A DNA stretch of 64,000 bases from Candidatus Omnitrophota bacterium (GCA_015233335.1 JADFXX010000005.1:1550-65549), one strand, 5' to 3'; counted from the first letter of the stretch, positions 16,846 through 26,364 are shown. Notes: generated by a model from the letters alone, not told the origin. A program made the numbers and translations.

Positions 16846-17985
16846 ATGAACATATATACTAAATCCGTACATACCGGTGTCAGCATTGACAAAACATTCA
16901 ACTCGGTGATCACCCCGATTTACCCGACTTCGACTTTTTTCTTCGATGAGATAGGGAAAAACAAGGGCTATGATTACACTCGTTCAGGCAACCCTACGCG
17001 TGCGGCCCTGGAAGCTAATATCGCGGCCTTGGAAGGCGGAGTTGGTTGTTCAGCGACAGCCACCGGTATGGCGGCTGTCAGCGCCGTGCTGTTTTTTCTC
17101 AAACCAGGGGAGCATGTCATTACGGGCAATGATATTTACGGCGGGACGTGGCGTTTGTTTAATTCTGTTTTAAAACCCATGGGTTATGAATTTTCTTTTG
17201 TCAATATGCGCGATCTGTCCGCGGTCAGGGCTGCGGTCAGAAAGAATACCAAAATGGTCTGGATCGAAACACCGTCTAACCCTTTGCTTAATATTGTGGA
17301 TATGGGGGCAGTCATTTCATTGGCCCGGAAGATAAAATCTTTAAGTGTGGTTGACAACACGTTTTTGTCTCCCTATTTTCAAAAGCCATTTGAATTCAAA
17401 GCGGATATCGTGGTGCATTCGACAACCAAGTACATCAACGGTCATTCGGACGTTGTTGGAGGTGCGATCATTTACGGTAATCAACAGCTCCACGAGCGGG
17501 GTCGGTTTTTGGTTAATGCTCTGGGGGTTGCCCAATCCCCGTACGACGCATGGCTTGTTTTGCGGGGGATTAAAACTTTGGGGCCTCGGATGGAGGCGCA
17601 TCAGGCGAATGCTATTAAAATTGCCCATTTCCTTGAAAGCCACCCTTGTGTTAAGAAAGTTTATTATCCGGGCCTTAAAAGTCATCCTCAGCAGGCATTG
17701 ATTAAAGAGCAGATGAAAGGTTTTGGGGGCATGCTGGCATTTGAGTTAAAGACTAAAAAAGTATCCTTGAATCAGTTTTTCAAAAAATTAAAATATTTTG
17801 CATTGGCGGAATCACTGGGAGGTGTAGAATCATTGGTGGAGGCTCCCTGGTTTATGAGCCATGCTTCTATGGGCCCTCGAGGTCTTCGAGCTTCCGGCAT
17901 TACCAAAGAAACCGTGCGTGTATCCGTCGGTATTGAAGGGGCGGAAGATTTGATCGCGGATTTAACACAAGCTTTGAAAGGATGA
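16846..17985 (+). CDS. Cys/Met-metabolism PLP enzyme (cystathionine gamma-synthase/beta-lyase family)
   Basis: YTRSGNPTR and HSTTKYINGHSDVVGG (PLP-lysine motif). Confidence 0.85.
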   Translation: MNIYTKSVHTGVSIDKTFNSVITPIYPTSTFFFDEIGKNKGYDYTRSGNPTRAALEANIAALEGGVGCSATATGMAAVSAVLFFLKPGEHVITGNDIYGGTWRLFNSVLKPMGYEFSFVNMRDLSAVRAAVRKNTKMVWIETPSNPLLNIVDMGAVISLARKIKSLSVVDNTFLSPYFQKPFEFKADIVVHSTTKYINGHSDVVGGAIIYGNQQLHERGRFLVNALGVAQSPYDAWLVLRGIKTLGPRMEAHQANAIKIAHFLESHPCVKKVYYPGLKSHPQQALIKEQMKGFGGMLAFELKTKKVSLNQFFKKLKYFALAESLGGVESLVEAPWFMSHASMGPRGLRASGITKETVRVSVGIEGAEDLIADLTQALKG

Positions 17986-18758
17986 TTATGAGACATTTAA
18001 CCGTGTCATTGCAAGGGATGTTTTTTTTAGCATTCGTTTTTGCAATGGTCCCATCGGTTTTTGCCGGCCTGCCCGACATTGAGGCTGCCGTTATGAATAA
18101 AGATTATGCTCAGGTTCGTCAATTGGCCTCCCAAGTGCTCAAAGACAGCAATGATCCCTCCCAGCGTACTGAGGCGCAATACTATTTTGGTTTGGCGCAG
18201 CTTCGTCTGGGACAATACACCGATGCCCGCAGTGCATTTCAAACAGTGATGGATGCGCATCCTAATCAGGATATTTATGACCGGGCGGCCTTGGGCATGG
18301 CCGAGGGATTTTATATGGCGGGATATTATAAGGACGCGCTCGATACCGGGGGCAAACTGTTAAAACACAGCCCGCATTCTTCGTTTTTAAGTCTTATTTA
18401 TTTAAAGATCGCCCGTGCCAATTTGAAATTGATGCGCTGGGAGAAAGCCAATGAATATTTAAATAGGGTCATCAATGAATTTCCTAAAAGTCCCGAAGCT
18501 CCCATTGCCCGTCAGCTTTTGGAAGAAAAGCAGTATTTTGCAGTTCAGGTGGGATCCTTCTTAGACAAAGGCCGGGCGATCACTTTAATTGATGATTTGA
18601 AAGGCGGCGGACAGTACGCTTATATTGTTGAGACAACCAGGGCCGATGGGCAGAAATTCTATCGTGTGCGCGTGGGGCAGATGAGCTCTCTTAAAGATGC
18701 CGAGGAACTGGAAAAACGTTTGGCTAAGTTAGGTTATCCCACCTTGATTTATCCTTGA
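17982..18758 (+). CDS. Secreted TPR plus SPOR-domain protein
   Basis: Signal peptide, then TPR-like repeats. C-terminal SPOR domain YFAVQVGSFLDKGRAITLID...FYRVRVGQMSSLKDAEELEKRLAKLGY. ATGA overlap with the upstream gene. Confidence 0.75.
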   Translation: MIMRHLTVSLQGMFFLAFVFAMVPSVFAGLPDIEAAVMNKDYAQVRQLASQVLKDSNDPSQRTEAQYYFGLAQLRLGQYTDARSAFQTVMDAHPNQDIYDRAALGMAEGFYMAGYYKDALDTGGKLLKHSPHSSFLSLIYLKIARANLKLMRWEKANEYLNRVINEFPKSPEAPIARQLLEEKQYFAVQVGSFLDKGRAITLIDDLKGGGQYAYIVETTRADGQKFYRVRVGQMSSLKDAEELEKRLAKLGYPTLIYP

Positions 18759-19678
18759 TGAAAGAGATTCCTCTTATTTTTATCGTCGGTCCAACCGCGG
18801 TCGGTAAATCTGAGATCGGTTTGGCGCTGGCCCGGCATCTTAATGGTGAAATTGTCTGTTGTGATGCCATGCAGGTTTACCGGGAAATTGCAATTGCCAG
18901 CGATAAGCCTTCCACTGAGATTAGAGCGGAAGTGAAACATCATGTGTTAGACATCGTTTCAGTCACACAAGACTTTAATGTGGCACGCTACCGCCAATTG
19001 GCTTCCTCTGCCATCGAAAACATCTTTACACGCAACAAAACACCATTGATCGTAGGCGGCAGCGGAATGTATATGTCTGTTTTGTTAGACGGTATTTTTG
19101 AGAAAAATATTAGCGACGGTAGTTTGCGGGAAGAGTTAACACAACAGGCATCTGTGAATGGCTTAGGGGTTTTGCATGAGCGCTTGAAAGTCTTAGACCC
19201 GCAGGCGGCGGAAAAGATCCACCCTAACGACACTCAGAGGATCATTCGGGCTTTGGAAGTGGCTTTGACAACAGGAGAGCCCATTACGAAGTTACAGCCA
19301 AAACGCGAAGGAATATGGGGGAAAATGCCTATTAAGATTTTTGCTCTTAACCGGCCGCGCGAAGAGCTTTATCAAAGGGCAGAGGCCCGTGTGGAAGAGA
19401 TGTTTGCCAAAGGCTTAGTCGATGAGATCAAGCAGATTGCGTCACTACCTTTGAGCGTGACAGCCGGTAAAGTCATCGGTGTCCCGGAAGTGATAGGATA
19501 TCTAAAAAATGAGCACGATCTAAGCCGTGCCAAATATTTAATGAAACTTAATACCCGTCACTATATTAAGCGTCAACTGACCTGGTTTCGACGGGACAAG
19601 CGCCTGACATGGATAGATATTGTGTCCGGCCAATCTGCGCAACAGATAGCGGGCGTTATTGCCGGTCTAATAGATTGA
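18758..19678 (+). CDS. miaA: tRNA dimethylallyltransferase
   Basis: IVGPTAVGKSEIGLALA (P-loop), DAMQVYREIAIASDKP. Confidence 0.9.
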   Translation: MKEIPLIFIVGPTAVGKSEIGLALARHLNGEIVCCDAMQVYREIAIASDKPSTEIRAEVKHHVLDIVSVTQDFNVARYRQLASSAIENIFTRNKTPLIVGGSGMYMSVLLDGIFEKNISDGSLREELTQQASVNGLGVLHERLKVLDPQAAEKIHPNDTQRIIRALEVALTTGEPITKLQPKREGIWGKMPIKIFALNRPREELYQRAEARVEEMFAKGLVDEIKQIASLPLSVTAGKVIGVPEVIGYLKNEHDLSRAKYLMKLNTRHYIKRQLTWFRRDKRLTWIDIVSGQSAQQIAGVIAGLID

Positions 19679-19702
19679 CAAGGAGGAGTGCCTAGGAGCG
19701 AT

Positions 19703-20956
19703 ATGAAAGAAAAAATTATATTAGCTGTTGTCGTTGAACATGCGCATAGCAGTTGGTCTCCTGATGATGAGGCGGCCGAGATGCGGGAGTTGATTGCGTC
19801 CTGCGGAGGTGAAGTTGTGCAGACAGTTTTTTGCAAAACTCAGCCGCCCACAGCATCCCATATGCTCACCAAGGGCAAGGTCGAAGAGATCGCGGCATTG
19901 TGTCAGGTTGGGGGTGTTGATGCTGTTGTTGTGAGCACTGACCTTAAGGGCACCCAGCAGAGAAACCTTGAGGAAGCTTTTGGTATTAAAACCTTAGACC
20001 GCACCCAGGTCATTCTTGATATTTTTGCCCGGCGTGCGACTTCTTTGGAAGGCAAAATGCAGGTAGAGTTAGCCCAGCTGCAATACAGGCTACCAAGGCT
20101 CACCGGACATGGTGAAGAGATGTCGCGTTTAGGCGGCGGTATCGGCACCTCCGGTCCGGGGGAGACCAAGCTCGAGGTTGACCGGCGACGCATCGGGGAG
20201 CGCATCACGAGGCTTAAAAAAGACCTTAAAGAAGTGACCCAAAGCCGTCAAGTCAAACGCAAAAAACGCCATGAGCAGAAGATACCGACCTTAGCCATCG
20301 TCGGATACACCAATGCCGGAAAATCGACCTTGTTAAACACACTGACAGAGGCAGGAGCAGTTGTACACGACGGGCTTTTTACCACTTTGGACTCACTTTC
20401 CCGCCAGGCTTTATTGCCGAATAACCGTAAAGTCATTTTTTCTGATACCGTCGGGTTTATGCATGCCTTGCCGCATGGGTTGATCGAAGCTTTTAAAGCC
20501 ACCCTTGAGGAGGTGCAGGAGGCGGATTTGTTGTTGCATGTGCTGGATATAAGCCACCCCGATTATCGGAAATTCTACGACGCGGTTAATGCCGTGCTTG
20601 ATGAACTCAAGGTTATGGACAAGCCTGTGATTATAGTGCTGAATAAAATAGATAAGTTATCTGACAGGCAGCGTTTGGAAGAGTTCAAGAGGGATGTTTC
20701 CTGCGCCATAGGCATCTCGGCCCTTAAGGGAGAGAATATTCAACAGCTGTTTTTGCTGATCGAGGATATCTTAGGGCAAGATTCACAGGAAGTGGACATC
20801 ATATTGCCGGCGGATCGTATGGATTTGATCAATCTGGCTCACAGCCAGGGGCAGGTGCATGAGGTCAAATTTTTAAGCGACGGAATACACCTGAAAGCTT
20901 CTCTTCCGGCTAAGATTGCCGGCGCACTTAATCTTAAGCAGAAACGCCCCGGTTGA
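19703..20956 (+). CDS. hflX: GTPase HflX
   Basis: HflX N-domain, then G-domain motifs VGYTNAGKSTLLN, DTVGF and NKID. The GTG at 19688 sits too close to its AGGAGG, so the ATG at 19703 is preferred. Confidence 0.9.
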   Translation: MKEKIILAVVVEHAHSSWSPDDEAAEMRELIASCGGEVVQTVFCKTQPPTASHMLTKGKVEEIAALCQVGGVDAVVVSTDLKGTQQRNLEEAFGIKTLDRTQVILDIFARRATSLEGKMQVELAQLQYRLPRLTGHGEEMSRLGGGIGTSGPGETKLEVDRRRIGERITRLKKDLKEVTQSRQVKRKKRHEQKIPTLAIVGYTNAGKSTLLNTLTEAGAVVHDGLFTTLDSLSRQALLPNNRKVIFSDTVGFMHALPHGLIEAFKATLEEVQEADLLLHVLDISHPDYRKFYDAVNAVLDELKVMDKPVIIVLNKIDKLSDRQRLEEFKRDVSCAIGISALKGENIQQLFLLIEDILGQDSQEVDIILPADRMDLINLAHSQGQVHEVKFLSDGIHLKASLPAKIAGALNLKQKRPG

Positions 20957-20997
20957 TCCGACTCCAATCTTAAGCGGGTTGACAAAGGGGGTTAACT

Positions 20998-21960
20998 ATG
21001 TTAAATTTACAAAATATGTTCCGTCGAAATACGGTTTTATCCCTATTATTTTTAGTGCTGTGTCCATCCTTGGGTCGCGCCGTCTGGATTTGGACTCCCG
21101 AAACAGGGAAATTCATTAACCCTAAATGGGAGGTTAAATCGACCCCTCAAGACCAGTTGGAGTACTCCCAAAGTTTTATGGATCAGGGGAAGTGCCCTAA
21201 GGCTATTGATGAATTTAAAAAATTAATCAAGAATTATCCGCGTGCCAAAGAAGCGCCTGAAGCCCAATTTTTTATCGGCCAGTGTCTGCAGGACATGAAT
21301 AAGCCTTACGAGGCCTATAAAGCGTATCAGATCGTCATTGATAAATATCCTTTCAGCGAACGCGCCGCACAAATTGTGAGTTTGGAGTACCAGATCGGAA
21401 ATTATATGATCGAAGGCCGTGATCACCGCAGCAAATGGTCAGAGGCTGTTTTAGGAAGTGATGAGAGGGTTATTGAAATATTCCGCACAGTGATCAAAGA
21501 TGCGCCTTACGGCAAGTATGCGGCGATCTCTCAGTATAAAATCGGGCTTTTTTTGAAGGAGAAGGGGATGTATCAGGAGGCCCGGGATGAGTTTGCCAAA
21601 ACCATGAATGATTATCCGACCTCCGAATGGGCCAATGCCGCTAAATTTCAGATTGCCATGGCTGATACCAGCCGTGCTTCCAACCCACAACATGAGCAGA
21701 AGGTGACGGATGTGGCCATGCAGGAGTTTAAGGAATTTGTCAAGAATCACCCGGACAGTGAATTGACCCCGCAGGCCAAACAGCAGATCTCCCTTCTTAA
21801 AGAAAAAGAAGCGGAAAATAATTTTGTCATCGCCAAGTTCTATGAAAAACAGAAAAATCTGAAATCTGCGAGGATTTATTATAAAGAGATCACGAACAAC
21901 TATACGGATACGACATGGGCACCCAAAGCCCAGGCTCGTTTAAAGTCCATTGGGGAATGA
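20998..21960 (+). CDS. bamD: Outer membrane protein assembly factor BamD (TPR lipoprotein family)
   Basis: YfiO/BamD-type TPR repeats: CPKAIDEFKKLIKNYPRAKEAPEAQFFIGQC..., YKAYQIVIDKYPFSE. Confidence 0.7.
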   Translation: MLNLQNMFRRNTVLSLLFLVLCPSLGRAVWIWTPETGKFINPKWEVKSTPQDQLEYSQSFMDQGKCPKAIDEFKKLIKNYPRAKEAPEAQFFIGQCLQDMNKPYEAYKAYQIVIDKYPFSERAAQIVSLEYQIGNYMIEGRDHRSKWSEAVLGSDERVIEIFRTVIKDAPYGKYAAISQYKIGLFLKEKGMYQEARDEFAKTMNDYPTSEWANAAKFQIAMADTSRASNPQHEQKVTDVAMQEFKEFVKNHPDSELTPQAKQQISLLKEKEAENNFVIAKFYEKQKNLKSARIYYKEITNNYTDTTWAPKAQARLKSIGE

Positions 21961-22481
21961 TGACTCGTCTTATACTGTCGATCTTGCTTGTGTTAGAGTT
22001 GGCCGGTTGCGGCTATACGACCGGATCGCTTCTGCCCCCTCAATACCGTAAGATTGCCATTCAGCCTTTCAAAAATAAAATATCTTATGTCAGCGAAAAT
22101 GTCCGTTCCCTTTATGTGCCTGCTTTGGAAACCAATGTCCGCACAGCTGTGATTGACAGGTTTTTATTCGATGGGCATTTGCATATCGCCGATCCGGACA
22201 AAGCAGATCTGGTTTTGCAAGGTGATCTGATCAGCCTTGATCAGGATTCTTTGCGTATCGACGTCAATCAGAATGTCCAGGAATATCGTATTCACGTTAC
22301 TATCTCAATGTCTTTGACCGATACCGCGACAGGTAAGATCCTTTGGACGGAGCCGTCTTTTGCCGGAGAGGCAACTTATTTTACGACCGGTTCCCAGGCC
22401 CAAACCCAATCCCAAGCCCTTGACGCCGCTCTGACTGACCTTGCTACTCGTGTTGTCGAACGTACCGTTGAGAGCTGGTAA
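21957..22481 (+). CDS. lptE: LptE-like LPS-assembly lipoprotein
   Basis: Lipobox LELAGC. Size and beta-rich sequence fit LptE. It lies immediately upstream of holA, the conserved lptE-holA synteny. Confidence 0.6.
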   Translation: MMTRLILSILLVLELAGCGYTTGSLLPPQYRKIAIQPFKNKISYVSENVRSLYVPALETNVRTAVIDRFLFDGHLHIADPDKADLVLQGDLISLDQDSLRIDVNQNVQEYRIHVTISMSLTDTATGKILWTEPSFAGEATYFTTGSQAQTQSQALDAALTDLATRVVERTVESW

Positions 22482-22483
22482 TT

Positions 22484-23137
22484 ATGATCTATCTATTTTT
22501 GGGTGATGACCTGGCGCGAAAAGATGCCAGGATCGCCGAAATCAGAAACAAATTATTCAAAAACTCTCAAGAAGCGCTGGCATTTGATTTCGACAATTTC
22601 GATGCCAAAGAACTCCCCGATGAGAAGCTCAAAAAAGCGTTTCTAACCCTGCCGGTGGTCGCTCCTTATCGTTTGATTGTCCTTCGCCAAGCCCATCGAC
22701 TAAAAGCTTCAGATGTAAAGGTTCTACTCGATTTTTGTAAGAAACCAGCGGAGTATTGTGAGCTCATTTTAGAATCATCTGAAAGAATACTCAAAGATGA
22801 TTTAAAAGATGTAGCCCTTTACGCCAAGGGTGAGGTTTTTGCCTTGGCAGAAGGACCGAACGCTTTTGATATGACCCGTTTGATAACAGCAGGGAGAAGC
22901 GCTGATGCGTTAAAAATGCTTCATCAATTATATCAAGAGCATGTGCCTGACTTAAAAATCATGGGAGCTTTGGTGTGGTATTGGGGCAAAGAAGGCAGGA
23001 TTTGCGGTAAAGAACGTTTTGAGCGGGGACTTCAAGCCCTGCAGGAGGCGGACCTCAACATTAAACGCAGTCGTCTTGAACCCCATTACGCGGTCGAGAA
23101 ATTGGTGGTAGAACTGGGATTACTTCGCCAACGCTAA
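22484..23137 (+). CDS. holA: DNA polymerase III delta subunit, compact form (217 aa)
   Basis: N-terminus MIYLFLGDD..., PYRLIVLRQAHRLK. Position after lptE. Much shorter than the ~330-aa norm. Confidence 0.55.
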   Translation: MIYLFLGDDLARKDARIAEIRNKLFKNSQEALAFDFDNFDAKELPDEKLKKAFLTLPVVAPYRLIVLRQAHRLKASDVKVLLDFCKKPAEYCELILESSERILKDDLKDVALYAKGEVFALAEGPNAFDMTRLITAGRSADALKMLHQLYQEHVPDLKIMGALVWYWGKEGRICGKERFERGLQALQEADLNIKRSRLEPHYAVEKLVVELGLLRQR

Positions 23138-23380
23138 AGTTTTTGCAAAACGGGATTTACGGCGGGCGGCTGTTTTTTTATGCATCACATGACGTTTGGC
23201 CGCTTTATCGAATTTTTTGTAAATTTCTTTTAAGAGATCCTTAGAATCGTCTTTTTTAGCGGTCGCGGAAGTCAGGAACTTTTTGACTGTATGTTTCAAG
23301 TCAGTCTTTATCTGCAGATTATGCAGGTGTTTGGTATGGGCTTTGCGTAAATCTTTGATAGCAGTGCGGCGTTGTGGCAT
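23120..23380 (-). CDS. rpsT: 30S ribosomal protein S20
   Basis: MPQRRTAIKDLRKAHTKHLHN...HKKTAARRKSRFAKTLA. Shine-Dalgarno AAGGAG upstream. The 3' end overlaps the holA 3' end by 18 nt. Confidence 0.9.
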   Translation of the reverse strand: MPQRRTAIKDLRKAHTKHLHNLQIKTDLKHTVKKFLTSATAKKDDSKDLLKEIYKKFDKAAKRHVMHKKTAARRKSRFAKTLALAK

Positions 23381-23437
23381 GAAGAAATTCTCCTTTTGAT
23401 TGTTATAAGGCACAGATATTAGCAAACCACCCCGAAT

Positions 23438-24775
23438 ATGTCAACTGATAAATCTCGTTCCCATCTTTTGAAATCCGGCGGCATTGTTGCCTGTGGGGTA
23501 TTATCCTCACGGGTACTGGGATTTTTGAGGGATGTGATCCTGGCACGATTTTTAGGCACAGGCTTTTTAGCGGAAGCTTTTTTTGTTGCCCAGCGCATTC
23601 CTAATCTGTTAAGGGATTTGGCAGGGGAGGGAGCCGCTAACGCGGCCTTTGTTCCTGTTCTTTTGGAATACTCCCAGAAAAGATCTAAAGAGCACTGGCA
23701 GGAATGTATCAATGCGGTCCTGGCCTGGAGCGTGATTATTTTAGGGATCATCACCGTTATAGGCATGGTCATGGCGCCCTGGATCGTGCGGATGATAGCG
23801 CCCGGATTTGCCCGGGAACCCGGCGAGTTACAACTGACAGTTGATCTGACCCGTATCATGTTCCCCTATTTGATCTTGATCGCCCTGACCGCATTTCAGG
23901 CAGGGATCTTATATTCTTTAAACGCTTTTTTTGCTCCGGCCTTTGGTCCGTGCCTGTTGAATCTGGCTATGATCCTAAGCGTTTGGGTGGCGGTCTTTTT
24001 TTCTTGGCCCTTGGCATATACCATTTCTTTCGGTGTTTTGATAGGAGGGGTTTGGCAGTTTTTGGCCCAGTGGGCTGCTTTGCGCCGCAGGGGAGTTTGT
24101 TGGCAGAGACCTGCTACCCTTAACCATGAAGGGGCCAGGCAAATTGGGAAGCTTTTGTTGCCCAGATTATGGGGCTCCGCGGTTTACCAGATGAATGTTT
24201 TCATAGACACTTTTTGTGCGTCGCTGGCATTTATCGTGGGGGCCGGTGGTATTGCCGCGATCTATTATGCCAATCGCATGATCCAGTTTCCTCTGGGTGT
24301 TTTTGGTTATGCCCTGTCGTCTGTGACCTTGCCGTCACTTTCTAAGCTCGCCCAGGAAGGGGATATGGCACAATTTAGATCAACGCTATTTTTTGCACTA
24401 CGGAATCTGATGCTCATCTTAATCCCCACGGCTTTGGTTATGGCCATTGGTTCACGATGGATCATCCATATTGTTTTTCAGCGCGGGGCTTTTGATGCCT
24501 ACTCGACAAATATCACCTCTCAGGTGATGTTCTATGCCGCTCTGGGCCTGCCGTTTTTTGGCGCGTCGAGAATTTTAGTATCTGCTTTCTATGCTCTGCA
24601 AGACACCAAGACGCCTGTTAAGACAGCGACGGCATGTCTCGTGATCAACGCAGTCTTAAATGCAATTTTGATGTTTCCCTTGAAAGTAGGCGGTATAGCC
24701 TTGGCCAGCAGTATTGCGGGGATGGTTAACTGCTTGCTCTTATGGACGGCATTAAAGAAGAAGATAGAAAAATAA
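23438..24775 (+). CDS. murJ: Lipid II flippase MurJ
   Basis: SRVLGFLRDVILARFLGTGFLAEAFFVAQRIPNLLRDL..GEGAANAAFVPVL and a polytopic profile. Confidence 0.9.
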   Translation: MSTDKSRSHLLKSGGIVACGVLSSRVLGFLRDVILARFLGTGFLAEAFFVAQRIPNLLRDLAGEGAANAAFVPVLLEYSQKRSKEHWQECINAVLAWSVIILGIITVIGMVMAPWIVRMIAPGFAREPGELQLTVDLTRIMFPYLILIALTAFQAGILYSLNAFFAPAFGPCLLNLAMILSVWVAVFFSWPLAYTISFGVLIGGVWQFLAQWAALRRRGVCWQRPATLNHEGARQIGKLLLPRLWGSAVYQMNVFIDTFCASLAFIVGAGGIAAIYYANRMIQFPLGVFGYALSSVTLPSLSKLAQEGDMAQFRSTLFFALRNLMLILIPTALVMAIGSRWIIHIVFQRGAFDAYSTNITSQVMFYAALGLPFFGASRILVSAFYALQDTKTPVKTATACLVINAVLNAILMFPLKVGGIALASSIAGMVNCLLLWTALKKKIEK

Positions 24776-24796
24776 AAACGTCCCCCTATTTTTTAA

Positions 24797-26047
24797 ATGA
24801 CGGATATTAAGTCAAAATTAAGAGGATTACCGACTAGCAGCGGCGTTTATTTGTATAAGGATGCTGCGGGGTCTGTGATTTATATTGGCAAAGCGATTAA
24901 TATCCGCAAGAGAGTTGAGTCCTATTTTCGTCCTAATGCCAGAACCCTAAAGACTGATAGATTAGTCAGCAATATAGCGGACATTAGCACCATTCAAACC
25001 GCCTCGGAAGCTGAAGCTTTGTTGTTAGAGGCCAGCCTTATCAAGCAGTATCAGCCTAAATACAATGTTGAGCTTAAGGACGGTAAAACGTATCCTTTTA
25101 TTCAGATCACCAAGGAAAAATTTCCTTTAATATCCGTCATAAGATTCAATGCCCTCAAGCATAAGGACATAAACGCAGAGCTTTATGGGCCGTATGTCAA
25201 TCCGACGCTTATCCGTGAGGCCCTGCAGATCATCCGTAAGATTTTTCCTTTTCGCACCTGCGAGCCTTTTGCGGAGAAATTATGTCTTTATTATGATATA
25301 GGCCTTTGTCAGGGGCCTTGCGAGGGCAAGATCAGTTCGCAGGACTATGCCCGTAATATCCGCCATATCAAATTTATTCTGGACGGCAAAAAGGACCATC
25401 TCTATCGGAATTTGCGTTTGGAAATGGAAGAATTATCCCGGCTCAAAGATTTTGAAGGCGCGGCGCGCCTGCGCGACCAGATCCGTGCGATCGGCGCTTT
25501 GTATTCAGGCACCGGTGATATAAATTATTTTAAAGAAGCTGAACAGCTGCAAAGGGCCATAGGGCTTACAGCCGCTTTAGTACGTATTGAATGTTTTGAT
25601 ATTTCCAATACGATGGGGCAACAGTCTGTCGGCTCGATGGTGTCTTTTTTAAACGGCAAACCGGACAAGAACAATTATCGCAGATTTCGCATCAAAACTG
25701 TTGAAGGCATCGATGATTTCAAGATGATCGCGGAGATCGTGCGCCGCCGTTATTCCCGCCTCCAAAAAGAGGGGGGGGCTTTTCCGGATTTGATCGTTAT
25801 TGATGGGGGGAAAGGCCAGCTGGCCGCTGCGATGCAGGAGGTTAAGAAATTAAATTTATCCTTAAATCTGGTTTCGTTAGCCAAGCGGGAAGAAGAAGTT
25901 TTTACTCCAACCAAGCGCCTTCCTATCAAGATGGCCCATGATTCTCTGGGCCTACAGCTTCTGATGCGTGTGCGCGATGAGGCACACCGGTTTGGGTTGA
26001 AATACCATACACTTTTGCGTGCTAAAAAATTCTTAAATAAGGTTTAA
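24797..26047 (+). CDS. uvrC: Excinuclease ABC subunit C, short form lacking the C-terminal (HhH)2 domain
   Basis: GIY-YIG (GVYLYKD..GSVIYIGKA), Cys motif CLYYDIGLCQGPCEG, UVR domain (FEGAARLRDQIRAI) and endonuclease domain (IECFDISN..., IDGGKGQL). The protein ends right after DEAHRFGLKYH. Confidence 0.85.
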   Translation: MTDIKSKLRGLPTSSGVYLYKDAAGSVIYIGKAINIRKRVESYFRPNARTLKTDRLVSNIADISTIQTASEAEALLLEASLIKQYQPKYNVELKDGKTYPFIQITKEKFPLISVIRFNALKHKDINAELYGPYVNPTLIREALQIIRKIFPFRTCEPFAEKLCLYYDIGLCQGPCEGKISSQDYARNIRHIKFILDGKKDHLYRNLRLEMEELSRLKDFEGAARLRDQIRAIGALYSGTGDINYFKEAEQLQRAIGLTAALVRIECFDISNTMGQQSVGSMVSFLNGKPDKNNYRRFRIKTVEGIDDFKMIAEIVRRRYSRLQKEGGAFPDLIVIDGGKGQLAAAMQEVKKLNLSLNLVSLAKREEEVFTPTKRLPIKMAHDSLGLQLLMRVRDEAHRFGLKYHTLLRAKKFLNKV

Positions 26048-26050
26048 ATC

Positions 26051-26356
26051 ATGAAAATTAAAAAAGAGTTGACTGATTTTGAATGGCAAGTTTTGAAAGC
26101 CGCATTGACCATTCCATTAGGAGAGACCCGTTCATATCAGTGGATTGCCCGAAGAATAGGAAAGCCTAAGGCGGTGCGTGCGGTGGGGCAGGCTTTGCGT
26201 AAAAATCCCTATCCTTTGATCATCCCCTGTCACAGGGTAATTAAATCCGATGGGACTCCCGGCGGATATGCCGGTCAAATGGACGGGAAAAAAGCCAAAC
26301 TGTTGGATATGGAACAGATTATTGTCCGCCGGATCAAGGCAGCAAGACGCCTTTAA
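26051..26356 (+). CDS. ogt: Methylated-DNA-protein-cysteine methyltransferase, single-domain
   Basis: Active site IPCHRVI, preceded by the helix-turn-helix SYQWIARRIGKPKAVRAVGQAL. Confidence 0.85.
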   Translation: MKIKKELTDFEWQVLKAALTIPLGETRSYQWIARRIGKPKAVRAVGQALRKNPYPLIIPCHRVIKSDGTPGGYAGQMDGKKAKLLDMEQIIVRRIKAARRL

Positions 26357-26364
26357 AAAACACC

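Noticed and set aside
23419-23859. Long antisense or alternative-frame ORFs: 23419-23859(-), 26500-26895(-), 29763-30257(-), 34266-34643(-), 35813-36211(-), 42438-42857(-), 57583-58065(-), 58159-58542(-), 60112-60492(-), 27114-27527(+), 31812-32174(+)
   Set aside because: Each lies entirely within a strongly supported, motif-bearing gene (murJ, ychF, secA, lpxL-like, gap, ADH, radical SAM, lnt and so on). Their sequences are low-complexity, Arg/Pro/Gly-rich and typical of antisense frames, and they have no RBS. They are treated as spurious.
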